Below are positions 25,338 through 37,487 of a DNA stretch of 64,000 nucleotides, in pieces. The DNA is from Rotaria socialis. Lineage: Eukaryota. How positions within the stretch are numbered: position 1 is the first letter of the stretch; every line of letters starts with the position of its first letter. A program made the position numbers and the translations under genes. The notes below the pieces were generated by a model. That model was not told where the DNA came from. It was given only the letters and a program-made list of their open reading frames with translations, and ran no database searches. Location: positions 1 through 64,000 of the forward strand of contig CAJNYD010000024.1 in assembly GCA_905331295.1 (NCBI GenBank), in the 5' to 3' direction.

Positions 25338-27679
25338 TTAACTTTTCAAAAATGTATATTTAATAGGTATAGATAACACAATAAAAAGAGTTAGCTGAAC
25401 AAGAAGAAGAAATATTAAATTTCCATTCAATAACCATTTTATCATGGAACTGTGTCTCGTAGTTTGGAATGCTAGTTGATGTTGTTCAGTTGAATCATCG
25501 ACCGTTGCCGTTTGCAGTTCGGTGCCATCATCATTCAAACCACAAAACCATGAACAACATACTTTTAATAAATTAGCGTATCCTCTTCTAGGTTTTTGTA
25601 GTTGAGCATCATTTGATAGTTTCAATAATAAAGATTCACTAAGATTTTGTCGTGTGCCAACAAGACTAACGTCGGTTCTATCACAATTTTCATTAGCATC
25701 AAGATTTAGACGTAATTTCTGGCGATAAAACATCAATGTTGATTCTTCAATGCCATCGTTGGAGTTTTCTAAACATGCTTGCGATAATAAATTCGCATCT
25801 TGAAATTCGATTGGTTTACTAACACTAAAAATTAATTAGAAAAATAACTAAACTATATTTCTATTTTTGTTTTGTTTTTACCTAGAAATTGACCCTGCAC
25901 AATACGGCTTGTGATTCGTCAACTCAAGTTCATCAACCAACTTTTGATTTTTTGTCCAATATGTTGTTCGAAATAGCTGTTCTTTGGTTGGTGGTTTTGT
26001 ACATAATGAAACAATAACACAGATGAAAAAAGTTATCCAGAAAACAAACGCTGAATAATACATAAAATGAATACGACGTATAAGCCAAAGTCTGGTATCT
26101 TCTTCTCCACACAATGGTGGTTGTTTTGAAAATTGAAGTATCATACGTAATAAACCAAAAATAAAACCTACCATTAAACCACAGAATGCGCCAAGTTCAT
26201 TTATTCGTGTCCATAGAATGGCTAATAGATATACACATGCAATAGGCGGTGCAAAAAATCCAATGACTTGTTGCATATAGACATAGATTTCTGAACCTTG
26301 CATTTCTACAACAATGGGTATCCACAAAAGACTAATTAAAGTCATAAATACAACAAACAAACGTCCAACAATCATTAATTCTTGGTTTTTAATTTGATTT
26401 CGACGAAGATAACATAGATTCGGATAGATATCAACAGTAAATATAGTACTCGCCGAGTTAAATATTGATGTTAAGCCGGATATTAATGCTGCAAGCATAA
26501 CAGCAACCATCATACCTTTAAAACCAAGTGGCAATATATGTACAATTAATGTTGGATAGGCTATATTTGTACAACTTCGTTTACTATTACAAATTGCTTG
26601 ACATGTCGATGGTTGATTACATGCAACTATATTTGGATATAAAGCTCGACTTATCATGCCTGGTATGATAATCATAAAGAAAGGTAATATTTTAAAATAA
26701 CCAGCTAATAATGTTCCACCACGTGCATGTGAAATACTTCGAGCTGCTAGAACACGTTGTACCATCATTTGATCGGAACACCAATACCATATTATATTTG
26801 GTGTATGCCCGAGAAAAAATCCTAACCATGGCATGTATGGATCTGATATTGGCTTTAACATTTGAAAGGATTCTATTGTTGGTTGATCACATGTCGGTGC
26901 TATCGTTGAATTATGCCATAGATTATCATTGGGGACAGTCGGAGTTGCATTTAAATAAAGATTATAAAAATTAGATAAACTACCGATTTTATTATAAGAT
27001 AAAATCATAACACATAATCCTCCGATGACCATTATTATTGCTTGAATTGTATCTGTATACATAACAGTTGCAAGACCACCGCATATCGTACATAGAGCCG
27101 TTAAAACAAGAACAAATATAATACTCAAATAGATATTCCATGACAGAAGGTAATTTATAAATAATGACGAAGCATAAATATTCACACTGATTTTAGTTGA
27201 TATATAAAGAAGAAGATATAGACATGCTATATAAGTTCGTATACGTTGTCCACCAAATCTTCGATTCATGTATTCAGGTAATGTAGAAGCACCACTAGCA
27301 AGAAAAACAGGTAAAAACACCCAGCCAAGCAGTTGAATAATACCTATAGCAGCTATTTCAAAGGCACCAACACCAAACCCTATTCATGATCTATCGGTAA
27401 CGAAAACAAAGAGGATTTCTTTCAAAACAAACGTTTACCTTTTGCTGCACCCGAACTTGCTAGACCGATAAAATGTTCGGCACCTATATTCGTGGCAAAT
27501 AAGCTTGCTCCAATAAATATCCAAGTCATTTTTTGATTTGCTAAAAAATATCCTTTCACTGTTGAACGATTATGTTTGAGCATTGAATAAAAACCAACAC
27601 CCATTAATAATGTAAAATAAAGAATTAATACACCAAGATCAATAAGTGTTAAACGATTTTTATTTTGAGATTCGTCCAT
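25338..27679 (-). CDS. SLC5 sodium/solute (glucose/myo-inositol) symporter
   Basis: GYFLA, GASLFATNIGAEHFIGLA, TLPEYMNRRFGGQRIR, WYWCSDQMMVQRVLAA and SIFNSASTIFTVD; 3 exons. Confidence 0.95.
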
Positions 27680-28376
27680 AATTGTTGTTGTTTAGGTAAG
27701 ATTGACGAAAGAAAATAATCTAAAGCACTTAAATGATTCGATATCAGGGTCGTTTTTATTACACAACGTAGGAAAAATATGAATACCTAAACCATGACTG
27801 GTTTGAGTAAAACACAAGTTATTTACTCTGAATTAACACAATCAAGGACAAATATCATGACTAATAGTTTGTGTATTTATGCGAATAAAGTGGTCTAAGA
27901 GCAAATACTGCGAAAGAAAAAACAAAATATAGTAATTTAGTGTGAATCAAAAGAAATGCTTGGTATTTATTCATAGCATTTAAAAACTGATCCTTCATTA
28001 TTCCCATCGAAAGAAAATTAATCTATATTAAATCATCATTTTTTTTGCTAGTAAATCTTTCAGAAAGCCGATTTGTGTATATCGCATTCTAAATTTTTAT
28101 TACTTCATTGTAAGATATAAAAAAAACAAGAAATACAGAATAACAAAATAGTAAAATATTAAATTTTTTGAATAATTCATTGCAACAAAAGAAATCCATA
28201 GAAACCTTGAAGGTGACATCTGCTGTTTTGTTGTTGAAGAAAAAGCTCATAATATTATCCAAATAGAATCGATTAAATATATTTTCCAAACGAACAATTA
28301 AAATAAAGAAGACGAGCTAGTCTCATAATAATAATAATATAACGAATTCTTTTTTATTATTTGAATTGGAATCATT

Positions 28377-29400
28377 TTAAATAAGACCATGATCACGTAA
28401 TACGCTTGTCACTGAATTGTAAATAGATAGGAAATTTTTACTTAAAACATTTTTATCAACTGGATTTTGATCAATTGACGCAGGTTTATAAGTTGGTTGT
28501 TTATGTAAGTAATCAACGATTTCAAGCGATTCTTGATAAGCATCATTTACTTTTTTAGTTGCATCAACACAACGATGAATATTTCGTTGACGGTAAAAAT
28601 CAATCTTCATGGAAAAAAAAACAAATTATTCACAGGTAATTTTGTTCCATTGAAATTTTCTTACCAATGGTATTGTTTGTTTATGATAAGTATTTAATCG
28701 GGCATTCAATGTCTCAGTTGTATCATCCGAACGACGATCAAGACGTTCACCTGTTATATCATCTTTCATTGATTCTTTAGGTGGATGAAATTCTTCATGA
28801 TATGTTCGACCCGATGGCTTATGAATAAGTCGATCACGAATACGTCTTTTTAATAGATCATCAGAGATCTAAATTGTAATATAATATTTTTCGGAATAGT
28901 TCGGAATCGAAAAAATCTCGATATACATACAGCATATTCTAATACGGCATCAAGTCGTTTTTGTTTTGATGCAAGTAATTGCTCCAGCTGTTCACCTTGA
29001 TTTATTGTTCGAGGAAATCCATCGAATAAAAATCTATTACTACATTCAGGTTTAGTTAGATTTTTATTAACTAGTGATAAAACAATATGGTCATCGACAA
29101 GACCACCAGCTTCCATAGCTTTTCGAATTTGTTGACCTTCCGATGATGATTGATCTTGAGTTGCTTGACGTAGTAGATCACCTGTTGATAGCTGACATAT
29201 TTTATAATGCACTGATAATTTCGAACTTTGTGTTCCTTTGCCTTTAGTAAAAGAATCGTTAGATTGAATTTTCATAGTTTATTTTTTTTACCACTTCCTG
29301 GAGGTCCAATTAGAACAATATTATTTGCATCTTGTTGTAATGATGATTGACTATTGTCACTACTACTAGTTTTTGTCGATGCCTCTGATGATGAAGACAT
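28377..29400 (-). CDS. AK2: Adenylate kinase 2-like
   Basis: [13 protein letters not shown]-loop, [42 protein letters not shown]; 4 exons. Confidence 0.9.
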
Positions 29401-29740
29401 GATTAAATCTAGCAAAAGACAAGTTTAACTCTTTTATTGATAGTGACTTTTAAACATGAATAGAAATGTACTATTATTGTATTTCGTCGTCAAAAATTAT
29501 ATGATTAGTTACTGAATGTGGTTTGAGCTGAGATATACACCTGTGCCGTTAAATGTCATAGATGACGTAGTTTTATGAGTGTTTTCAATAGCTTTAAAAT
29601 ATTGTTTAACATATTTTTGATTATGTTATTTGCACGAAACTCTATTAAAAAAATGTGGCCTGCTCTTGAGTTAATCAATCGCATATCGCTATGGCATCCA
29701 ATAAAAAATATATGCGCTTTAGTTGGATCGCGCGTTCGCT

Positions 29741-29812
29741 AGTCTTCGCCAGGATTTGAACCTGGGCGATCATTGTGAAGGAATGAAGTATTAACCACTA
29801 TACTACGAAGGA
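29741..29812 (-). tRNA. tRNA-Glu(TTC)-derived sequence (pseudogene or SINE head)
   Basis: A box TAGTATAGTGG, anticodon arm TCATT-CCTTCAC-AATGA, T arm CCAGG-TTCAAAT-CCTGG. Acceptor stem has only 5/7 pairs, and position 33 is C instead of U. Confidence 0.75.
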
Positions 29813-29984
29813 TGCGAACAGCTATAGCCAACCGTTAGCCGTGTGTCTCTCAATTCCATTCTTAAAATATTGTGCGTTTGATATGGTGCAATGACAAAAC
29901 GACTTAGAGTCACATAAAGCAATGTGGAGGCTGAGCCGCCGCCGCCGCCGCCGCCGATTTTTAGGAAGAAAATCCAGCCGCTGC

Positions 29985-31153
29985 TAGTGGCGGCGCCAGG
30001 GAGGGGGGTGTCACGTCGTTATTTTAACGATTAAGATTTAGGTGAAGACGCGACTGTTTAAGTATTGACAAATGCCACAATGACATGACGGCAAATGACA
30101 AGATGAGGTAAATAAGAAAATGAAACTTGAATGAGAATTCACTAATTTATTTAGTAGATTAGAATTAATCAATGAAACAATAGATACAACAAGGATAAGT
30201 TGTACGATTTGACAAGACTTCCAGAAGAAGAAGTTTTAGAGTCACGTAGAAGAAAAAGAAGAAGAAAAAAGGAGTTGATTATGATAGAACCAACTAACAG
30301 AGAAGAAAAGTAACAAGCTAATGAATAAAAGAAAGATACAGATAAAAGTAAAGACGCGGGTAGTAGCTAGGCAATAAGAATCAAGAAGTTATATTGAGAA
30401 AATATATGTACAAGCATAGTTAGTATCAGCACATAATACCCCAGGACGAGCTTTACGACGTCCGTATACGGTGAAATACGGGCCGTATACGGCCGTTTTC
30501 TGCCGTATACGACGGTAAATCGCCGTATTTGGCCGTATTACATGGCTCCGTATTACGATCGNATATAGTTACACGTTGTGAATTACTGCGCATTAATAGT
30601 ACGGTTGTTTTATTACAGTTATATATAATATATTTACCATTAAGTGAATATGATTCTTATTGTAATGTCTACAAATTGAAAATGACTTGCTTGAAAACAC
30701 GTGTATCTCTTAATCGAACAGGAAATATAATATTCACATCTATTTAATTTTAAAATGCTTATTGATAACTACAAGGTTGAAGAATGACTAATGTGAAAAA
30801 GTTGATAGAAAATTACTACAGAAGGACATCCCAATCTATCAGCTACATTTTTGCAGCTTCCGACGAGAAGTTTCTACATATAATCTTCATGAAGCGACTT
30901 TTTTTTTCATTGTAAAAAATCATTTATTTTTATCCATTTGCTGATTTCTTCACATATGTGTATTAAGATAGTATCAATAAATATAAAGTAGCTGATATTT
31001 TTAAACGTGAATTCGCATGTTTTGATTCTTTATTCAGATTAAAAAGCACTCTTAGATAGTATAATGGATTCGAAAGACTTGCACTGTATTATATGAAACT
31101 TTCATAGGTTGGGGCTGAGCCCCCTCAGTTCGAAATTCCTGGCGCCGCCGCTA
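29985..31153. mobile_element. hAT-type non-autonomous element
   Basis: TIRs TAGTGGCGGCGCCAGG / CCTGGCGCCGCCGCTA with a perfect 8-bp TSD GCCGCTGC (29977-29984, 31154-31161). Confidence 0.88.
30439..30561. mobile_element. Left end of a CCCAGG-started MITE with ccgtatacgg repeats, cut by an assembly N at 30562
   Basis: cccaggacgagctttacg followed by dense palindromic ccgta/tacgg motifs. Confidence 0.6.
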
Positions 31154-31948
31154 GCCGCTGCCACCGATGGAGCAAAAACTTTTTAATTTTCGAGTTGCCG
31201 CTGCCAAGGTGTCGGCTTACACCTCTAGGTGAGTGTGAATGTGGGTGAAACAAACTACTCTCACATCTACAAAAATCTGTTTAAGTGGATGATGATTTGG
31301 CTACCTTTAACGCTCACACTTTTAAGTGTGACTATTATTTTGTCCTTTCTCTATGTGTTGTATTTATTTTGACGCCTTAGGCTTTGCCCTTTAACTATCA
31401 TCAGTTTTCGTTCTCTCGGATGGTTGACTATTTAAATGTGTGATTTTTATGTAATCGGTACGATTCATGATATGAAGAAATGAAAATAAAGCATAGTTCC
31501 ATCAATGCAAGCACTTCTTCTGTCAGAATTCGTCACACTACCTATGTCGTACATTTTGTTGTCACTACCGCCGGTATACCGCGGTACTCATAATAACCGA
31601 CGGTAGCGCTCATAAGCTTCGGTCCCAGCTAAAAAGGCTTTCAGAAATCGTTTTTTGTCAAATCCCGATTTATTTCGGAAAAAGCATTCGAATTAATCTA
31701 AAACAAAACTATTTTAGAATATATTTTGCGAATTATTATTTTTCAGCGACATCTTTGATAAAATATTTGTCTGATAACGACTCATCAACATATAGACAAA
31801 GATTGAAAAGATGTACATACAATACAATATGCATCCTAGAATGAGTCTAGTGGTAGTCAATTCGTGTGACACGGACATCTAGTCCGTTCCTGAAGAAGCG
31901 TTTAGAGATTTCTCGAAAGCTCTGTAAGACAGCAACTACATAAATGTA

Positions 31949-32737
31949 TCCTAGGGCATGTACTGAACAAAAGGTACCCGAAAAAGTACCCTGCTACTAG
32001 TATATCTTAGGAACTTTATGGTATTGGAGTACTTAAAAGTACTTTTAGGTACTCAGGCAGATATCCTTCTGGAAAGCAACTAATAAATGGGTGCTTGAAG
32101 GTACTGATCAAGTACTCAACTGGATACTATTGCACAGTATACTTAGGTACTTTGTCACCAAAATTGCAGTAGGTTGATGATCGAACCTAATCTTCGAAAT
32201 TTTTCATTTTTTTCCCTCAAAACAATTTATTAAATTTTTTTCGATTTAATTTAATTTAATTTTTCAAATTCTTAAAACTCTAGCAGGTCAAATTTCTGGA
32301 TCTAACCGGACTTGAGTTGGTCGAATCTCCATCCGACCACTTCAGGGTAGTCCGATCTTAATTTACGATTAAGTTCGGCATGATCTCGACTAATAAATAG
32401 TCAAGAAATGATCTAGAAAAAAAAATATGAAAATAATTTATTTTCTTATGGTTTACCGAGTTATTTATAAGGAGCCGTTCACACAAAAGAAAACGGCGAA
32501 TGAGCAGTCGCTACACAAAACGTAACAAATCTAGGATATCTTGTAGAACTTTCCTCAGTGAAATTACAGGTGCGGGTACCCATACAAGTACTTGTTCAAC
32601 GAAACATACTGCTATGGTTACCCAATGCAGTACCTACATCAGTATGGCTACTGAGAATTTTCTAAGTACCCTTAATAGGTACCCTGGTGTGACTTTCTCA
32701 GTATATGGATACCCTGAACTCAGTACATTCCCTAGGG
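31949..32737. mobile_element. CCC...GGG-ended MITE (CMC/EnSpm-like) with GTAC-rich arms
   Basis: ta-TCCTAGGGCATGTACTGA ... TCAGTACATTCCCTAGGG-ta, many gtacc/ggtac/agtac subterminal motifs. Confidence 0.75.
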
Positions 32738-33929
32738 TATTCATCTCTCTCTCCATAACTTAAGAAGAAATCAAGTTAAGTTAAATCTATACATATCACC
32801 GTAATTTTTTATGCTCAATAGATTTATTTTTCTTTTCCATTTGTTTATATCAAAAACAAAAAGCTCCCAAGAATATTGTTCTCTTTTTCTATTATCTATC
32901 TCCTTTAATCCATTACTTACAAATACCATATCAACAGAGACACATTATTATATAAAATCTATCCCGCTCAGAAAAAAATGATATTAAATTACAAAATTAG
33001 TAGTATGTGAAAGAGAAGGAAAAAACAAAGCCAAATAAATAATTGTACGAAAGTTATTTTAAAACATTTGGAAGATTTCAACCTGAGAAATAATTGAAAA
33101 AAATATTTGTAGACGGTTCGAGCTACAAGAAATTCACAAAACAAAAGAAATTGAGTACTTGAATGAAAATATCTGTATACTGTGGTAGAACCAATGAATT
33201 GTTGCAGTTGCAAGACAAAGATGTGTAGTTCTGTTTATGGTACCAGTTGATTCTCGAATAGATATAATTATTAATGAAGTGTATTGATGAATTACACGAG
33301 TGATTAGGAATGTATAAGCATAATAGAACTGATTGGAGTACGTACTTGACAAGCTGGCAACAGGAGTAGAATGCTGAAAATTTTCTAAATGACAAACTGA
33401 TTTTAATATTGACCAGCAGCGTTTGTAAGCACAAATGATAAATATAATTAGTTTAAGTGCATTATGATTATTATCATGTTTCGTTTTCAGATTGACTGCA
33501 AGTCTTCAGTCCGAAAGAGAGCAGTATTAGTAGTAGAAATCACTACAATGAGCATAGATATAACGAAAAAGATAGCCATAGAGAATAATAGGTATTTTGA
33601 AAATAACAGATGACAATAGTTAAATAAAGAAAACACGTGTGCGAAAAGAAAAAGAATGTAACGAGTGAAAGTGATCAGACTATCAGAAGAACAATTAATA
33701 AAAGTCACTGCTCCAGAAGAAGAGTGGCGTGAGATTTAACTAGCATTTATATATTACTAGCACCTTCACAATATTTGACTGCAACAATTTGTTATAACAT
33801 TTTTTGTAATTTAAGAATCCAACTCATCATACGCGTTTCTTATTTCATATGGTTTATGATCTGTTTCCATGATAATATCAGAGTTATCTGCACATGATCG
33901 AGTACCGTGTTGTAAAAGGTTCCCTAACC

Positions 33930-34352
33930 ACCCAATACCAATATCAGAGAGGGATGTCATAATATCCACAACTTGGGTATCGAGATGAATACCCAGATAG
34001 GATACCCAGTTGGATGGACATCTACGTATCCTCAGAGCTGAGGAATTTGAGTGCATTTGGTGTAACGAGAATGGGTATCCATTTTTATATTAATTTGTTT
34101 GAAGTAGGACCTGACAGTAGGAAAATTTCCGGTACCCATTCTCGTTACACCAAATGCACTCAAATTCCTCAGCTCTGGGGATATACAAAAATGGATACCC
34201 ATTCTCGTTACACCAAATGCACTCAAATTCCTCAGCTATGATGAACATGGGTATTCATTTTAGTATTCATTTTAGATATCCACTTGAATGGATATCGTGA
34301 CTGGTATGTCGACGATACCCAGTGTTAGGATATTATGACATCTCTGATATCA
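33930..34352. mobile_element. Degenerate MITE containing a ~50-bp unit in three copies
   Basis: Inverted gatgtcataatatcc...tgggtatcg / cgataccca...ggatattatgacatc. Unit at 34033-34086 (forward), 34133-34177 and 34187-34237 (reverse). Confidence 0.65.
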
Positions 34353-34989
34353 GATACGTCAGTTATTAAAAACCAGTTGAGTTGATATGCAGTTTAAATT
34401 CATCAAATGAATATTGCTGTTTTCTTGTCTTTCGCTTTGGTAGTTCAGTAATGACTGTGATCCTTTCACCATTATGTTTTATGAATTTTAGATATTTATT
34501 AAAAGTACGTGAAAATATCAGAATATCATCTAAGCACACTGTAACGTAATCCTAGCGTCTATTATCAAGTAGATTGTGAATAGTTCTTTGAAAAATGAGT
34601 ATTCCATTCATATAAACCATCTTGTGTAACAGAGGCCGTCTTTTTCTGAGGATCAGCAATATTTTGAATTAATTTATTAATGGTCTCAATTGCCGTAGGA
34701 GGATATTGGTTGTAGTTCATCAATGCCCTTGATACAGTGATAATTAGAACATAATGGTGAGAGACGAATAACTGGATCAAATAATGCGAATCGATGAAGC
34801 TGATGTGGTACTTATATGTTACTCGACTTGAAAGAGTGTTCATGGAAAAAAATTATTTATAATCAGAAGGTTTATATTATGCTATAAGTTGGGTATTTCA
34901 TGTCAAAAACTACTTCAGATCTCATATTTAAGGGATCTACACAAACTAAAAAAGATAATCAAGAACTGTGTAATGGAGACTTTTTTATA

Positions 34990-36363
34990 TTAAGAATCAC
35001 AATATCGACCCCATTGTTCCCATTGTGTACGTTCGTTGTCAGAAGAAGACGTGGCAATCAAAGCTTGAGCCATTAGACGAGTATGTAATAGTTCAGCTCG
35101 ATGTTGAGTTAAATGACGTTCATATACAGCTTCTTGACCTTTAATTCGTATATTATCAATGGTATCTTTTGATAGACTTTGTAAGTGTACAATTTCTTTT
35201 ATTAATTGATTCACAGATGAACATTTTATGGTTAAAAAATGTTCATTATGATAAAGGTGAAGTCGTTCCAATATTGGTATCAAATCATTTGTTGTTACAA
35301 GTACAAGACCATTAGCTGGTAATTCAAATAATTTAGCAATAGCATAATGAACAGATTGACATGTTCCTAAACCGAATACATATTGTTTCATATAAGAAAA
35401 ATATCTTCTTCCGCCATAAAAATATGAACTATCATTCTTCATTGTTTCACCATAGCCAGGATGTTTTAAACAAGCTGCTAAATCTTTTCGAATGTGACAA
35501 AGAAGATAACCACGTGAACGACATGGGTACCATTCAAATAAATGAGCACCTGAAACAAAAAGAAGATTTTCTGCTGAGCGATTTATTGTATGATATGACA
35601 ATGATGATGCTGCATGAGGTAACCAAGTTATTTTTGATGAACGTATATTAAAATAATAATTATGAAAAATATATGCATATGTTGAAAATATTTCTGATGC
35701 TACCGATTGAAATAAGTATTGACGACTTGAAAAGCTTTCTTTTGTTGTAAAATGAAGATCATCAATAAAAACTAAAATACGTATTTGAAGTTTGTCTAAC
35801 AATGAAGACCACTTATGGTGCATTCTATGCCATAGAAGACTATTTACATCCCAAATAAGAATAACAATGGGAACTTTATTTTGAATATACGCATGCTCAT
35901 CAAAATGACATCCATCTAAAAAATATCTTGTTAAATTTGTTTGATAATCAAATTTTATATGCTGTGGAAATGGTCGATATGTTATATTTGATTGAATACC
36001 GAGTTCTTTTAAATGTGTTAAAATTTCAGCAAATTCATGTGTCACATATGACCACCAGGGTCCACCATCAAGATGTTCAATAAGAAAACAGGCTTGTTGT
36101 TTTGAATATTGATGATAATATGCAGTTAACTTATCTAACGATAATGTTTTTGGATGACAAACTGAATACGAACGAAGATCCATTAATATAGGCATATCCG
36201 GATAGAGACGACTCAATACTGATGTTGGTGGTTTTTCCGAATAAAATAATTTCGTTGTTAACAATTGAACAAAAATAAATAAACAACATGTGGAAAGAAT
36301 ATAAATTCGTATGTCACGAAATGGTTTTAAACGATAGCGAATACGTCGAATCATGAAATGCAA
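34990..36363 (-). CDS. Intronless type II membrane protein with C-terminal CgeB/Glyco_trans_1_2-like glycosyltransferase domain
   Basis: 457-aa single ORF with an N-terminal basic tail plus TM. Motifs WLPHAAS, AKLFELPANGLVLVT, EHFL, IRIKGQEAVYERHLTQHRAELL. Confidence 0.8.
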   Translation of the reverse strand: MHFMIRRIRYRLKPFRDIRIYILSTCCLFIFVQLLTTKLFYSEKPPTSVLSRLYPDMPILMDLRSYSVCHPKTLSLDKLTAYYHQYSKQQACFLIEHLDGGPWWSYVTHEFAEILTHLKELGIQSNITYRPFPQHIKFDYQTNLTRYFLDGCHFDEHAYIQNKVPIVILIWDVNSLLWHRMHHKWSSLLDKLQIRILVFIDDLHFTTKESFSSRQYLFQSVASEIFSTYAYIFHNYYFNIRSSKITWLPHAASSLSYHTINRSAENLLFVSGAHLFEWYPCRSRGYLLCHIRKDLAACLKHPGYGETMKNDSSYFYGGRRYFSYMKQYVFGLGTCQSVHYAIAKLFELPANGLVLVTTNDLIPILERLHLYHNEHFLTIKCSSVNQLIKEIVHLQSLSKDTIDNIRIKGQEAVYERHLTQHRAELLHTRLMAQALIATSSSDNERTQWEQWGRYCDS

Positions 36364-36566
36364 TCAAACAAACAATATAGCATACATTAGATTGATTCGA
36401 AACAAAAAAATTAAAAAGAGTAACAAACCGATTTCGTTATTCTCACTTATTTTAATGCATCATTTATCACTTGTGTGTCATTATAATATATCGAGCATAC
36501 GCGAACTGAAGCATGTTAGGTGAAGGACAAAACACTATTGCATAGCTTTTATCTTTTGAAGATTTG

Positions 36567-37009
36567 TAGAGCTTGTCCGGCTAACTCGGCTACCGGAGAA
36601 TGAGTGCGTCACTATTTTTATGCATTTTGCTTTTCTCATTACTTTTGAACAGCTTACCAGAGAAACGAGGGTAACATCTTGTTTTGTTCACTAAAATCTA
36701 CTTTACATAGTGTACTGTTCATCTGTCCTGTTTAAAATATTCTTTCACCTGTCTTACAAAAAAATACAACAGAACAAAAAATAGTTTAAACATATTAAGC
36801 ATATGTTGTATTTTTTTGTAAGACAGGTGAAAGAATAGTTTAGACAAGAAAAATGAAACGTACACTTTGTAGAGCACATTTTAGTGAACAAAAATAAGAT
36901 GTTGCCAGCGTTTCTCTGGTAAACTGTTCAAAAGTAATGAGAAAAGGAAAATGCATAAAAATAGTAACGCACTCACTGTCTGGTAGCAGAGTTAGTCGGA
37001 CAAGCTCTG
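36567..37009. mobile_element. Tc1/mariner-type foldback MITE
   Basis: ~205-bp imperfect inverted arms (agagcttgtccg...tacaaca / tgttgta...cggacaagctctg-TA) around a ~30-bp spacer. Confidence 0.88.
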
Positions 37010-37099
37010 TATTTAAAATGAATTTATCAAAATGTTTAAGCAGACCTTACAACGAACTAAAATTTCGTTATTCATTGTCTATTATTGAGTATGCAGATG

Positions 37100-37140
<41 letters not shown>

Positions 37141-37487
37141 GTTTATACAAAACAAAAAGAACCACACATCTACTAAAATGACAAAAACAAACAACGACAT
37201 CAAAATAAATCGTTCTCTTGTTTCGATGACTGGAAACTACTGACTCTTTGGTTTTATGTACGCAATATAAAATAGTGAGATATAAAGCATGTAAAAACAG
37301 ACAATATTGCCATGAAAAGCTTTGTCGCAATGCGGCAAGAAAAAATACACAAAAAGATGAAGAAATTCAAACATAAGCAAAAAAAAAAAGAAAAAAAAAC
37401 CGAGCACTATCTGAATATTAAATATACAGTAGAAACAAAAGATTTCTTCGATGCAATCATTAAAACAAACAAAAATGAATTGATTAT

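Larger units (their letters stand above)
29925..31227. mobile_element. Outer degenerate MITE with GCC-rich subterminal repeats, split by later insertions
   Basis: Ends tggaggctgagccgcc / gtcggcttacacctcta, (GCC)n and gccgctgcc motifs on both sides. Confidence 0.55.

Noticed and set aside
32989..33708. Cluster of hydrophobic short ORFs
   Set aside because: No consistent spliced model or domain; at most a decayed relic
34014..34241. Repeated-peptide ORFs (THSRYTKCTQIPQL) or a mini-CRISPR
   Set aside because: Produced by a 50-bp DNA unit in mixed orientations
34565..34843. 92-aa ORF downstream of the glycosyltransferase
   Set aside because: No recognisable motif or supporting gene structure
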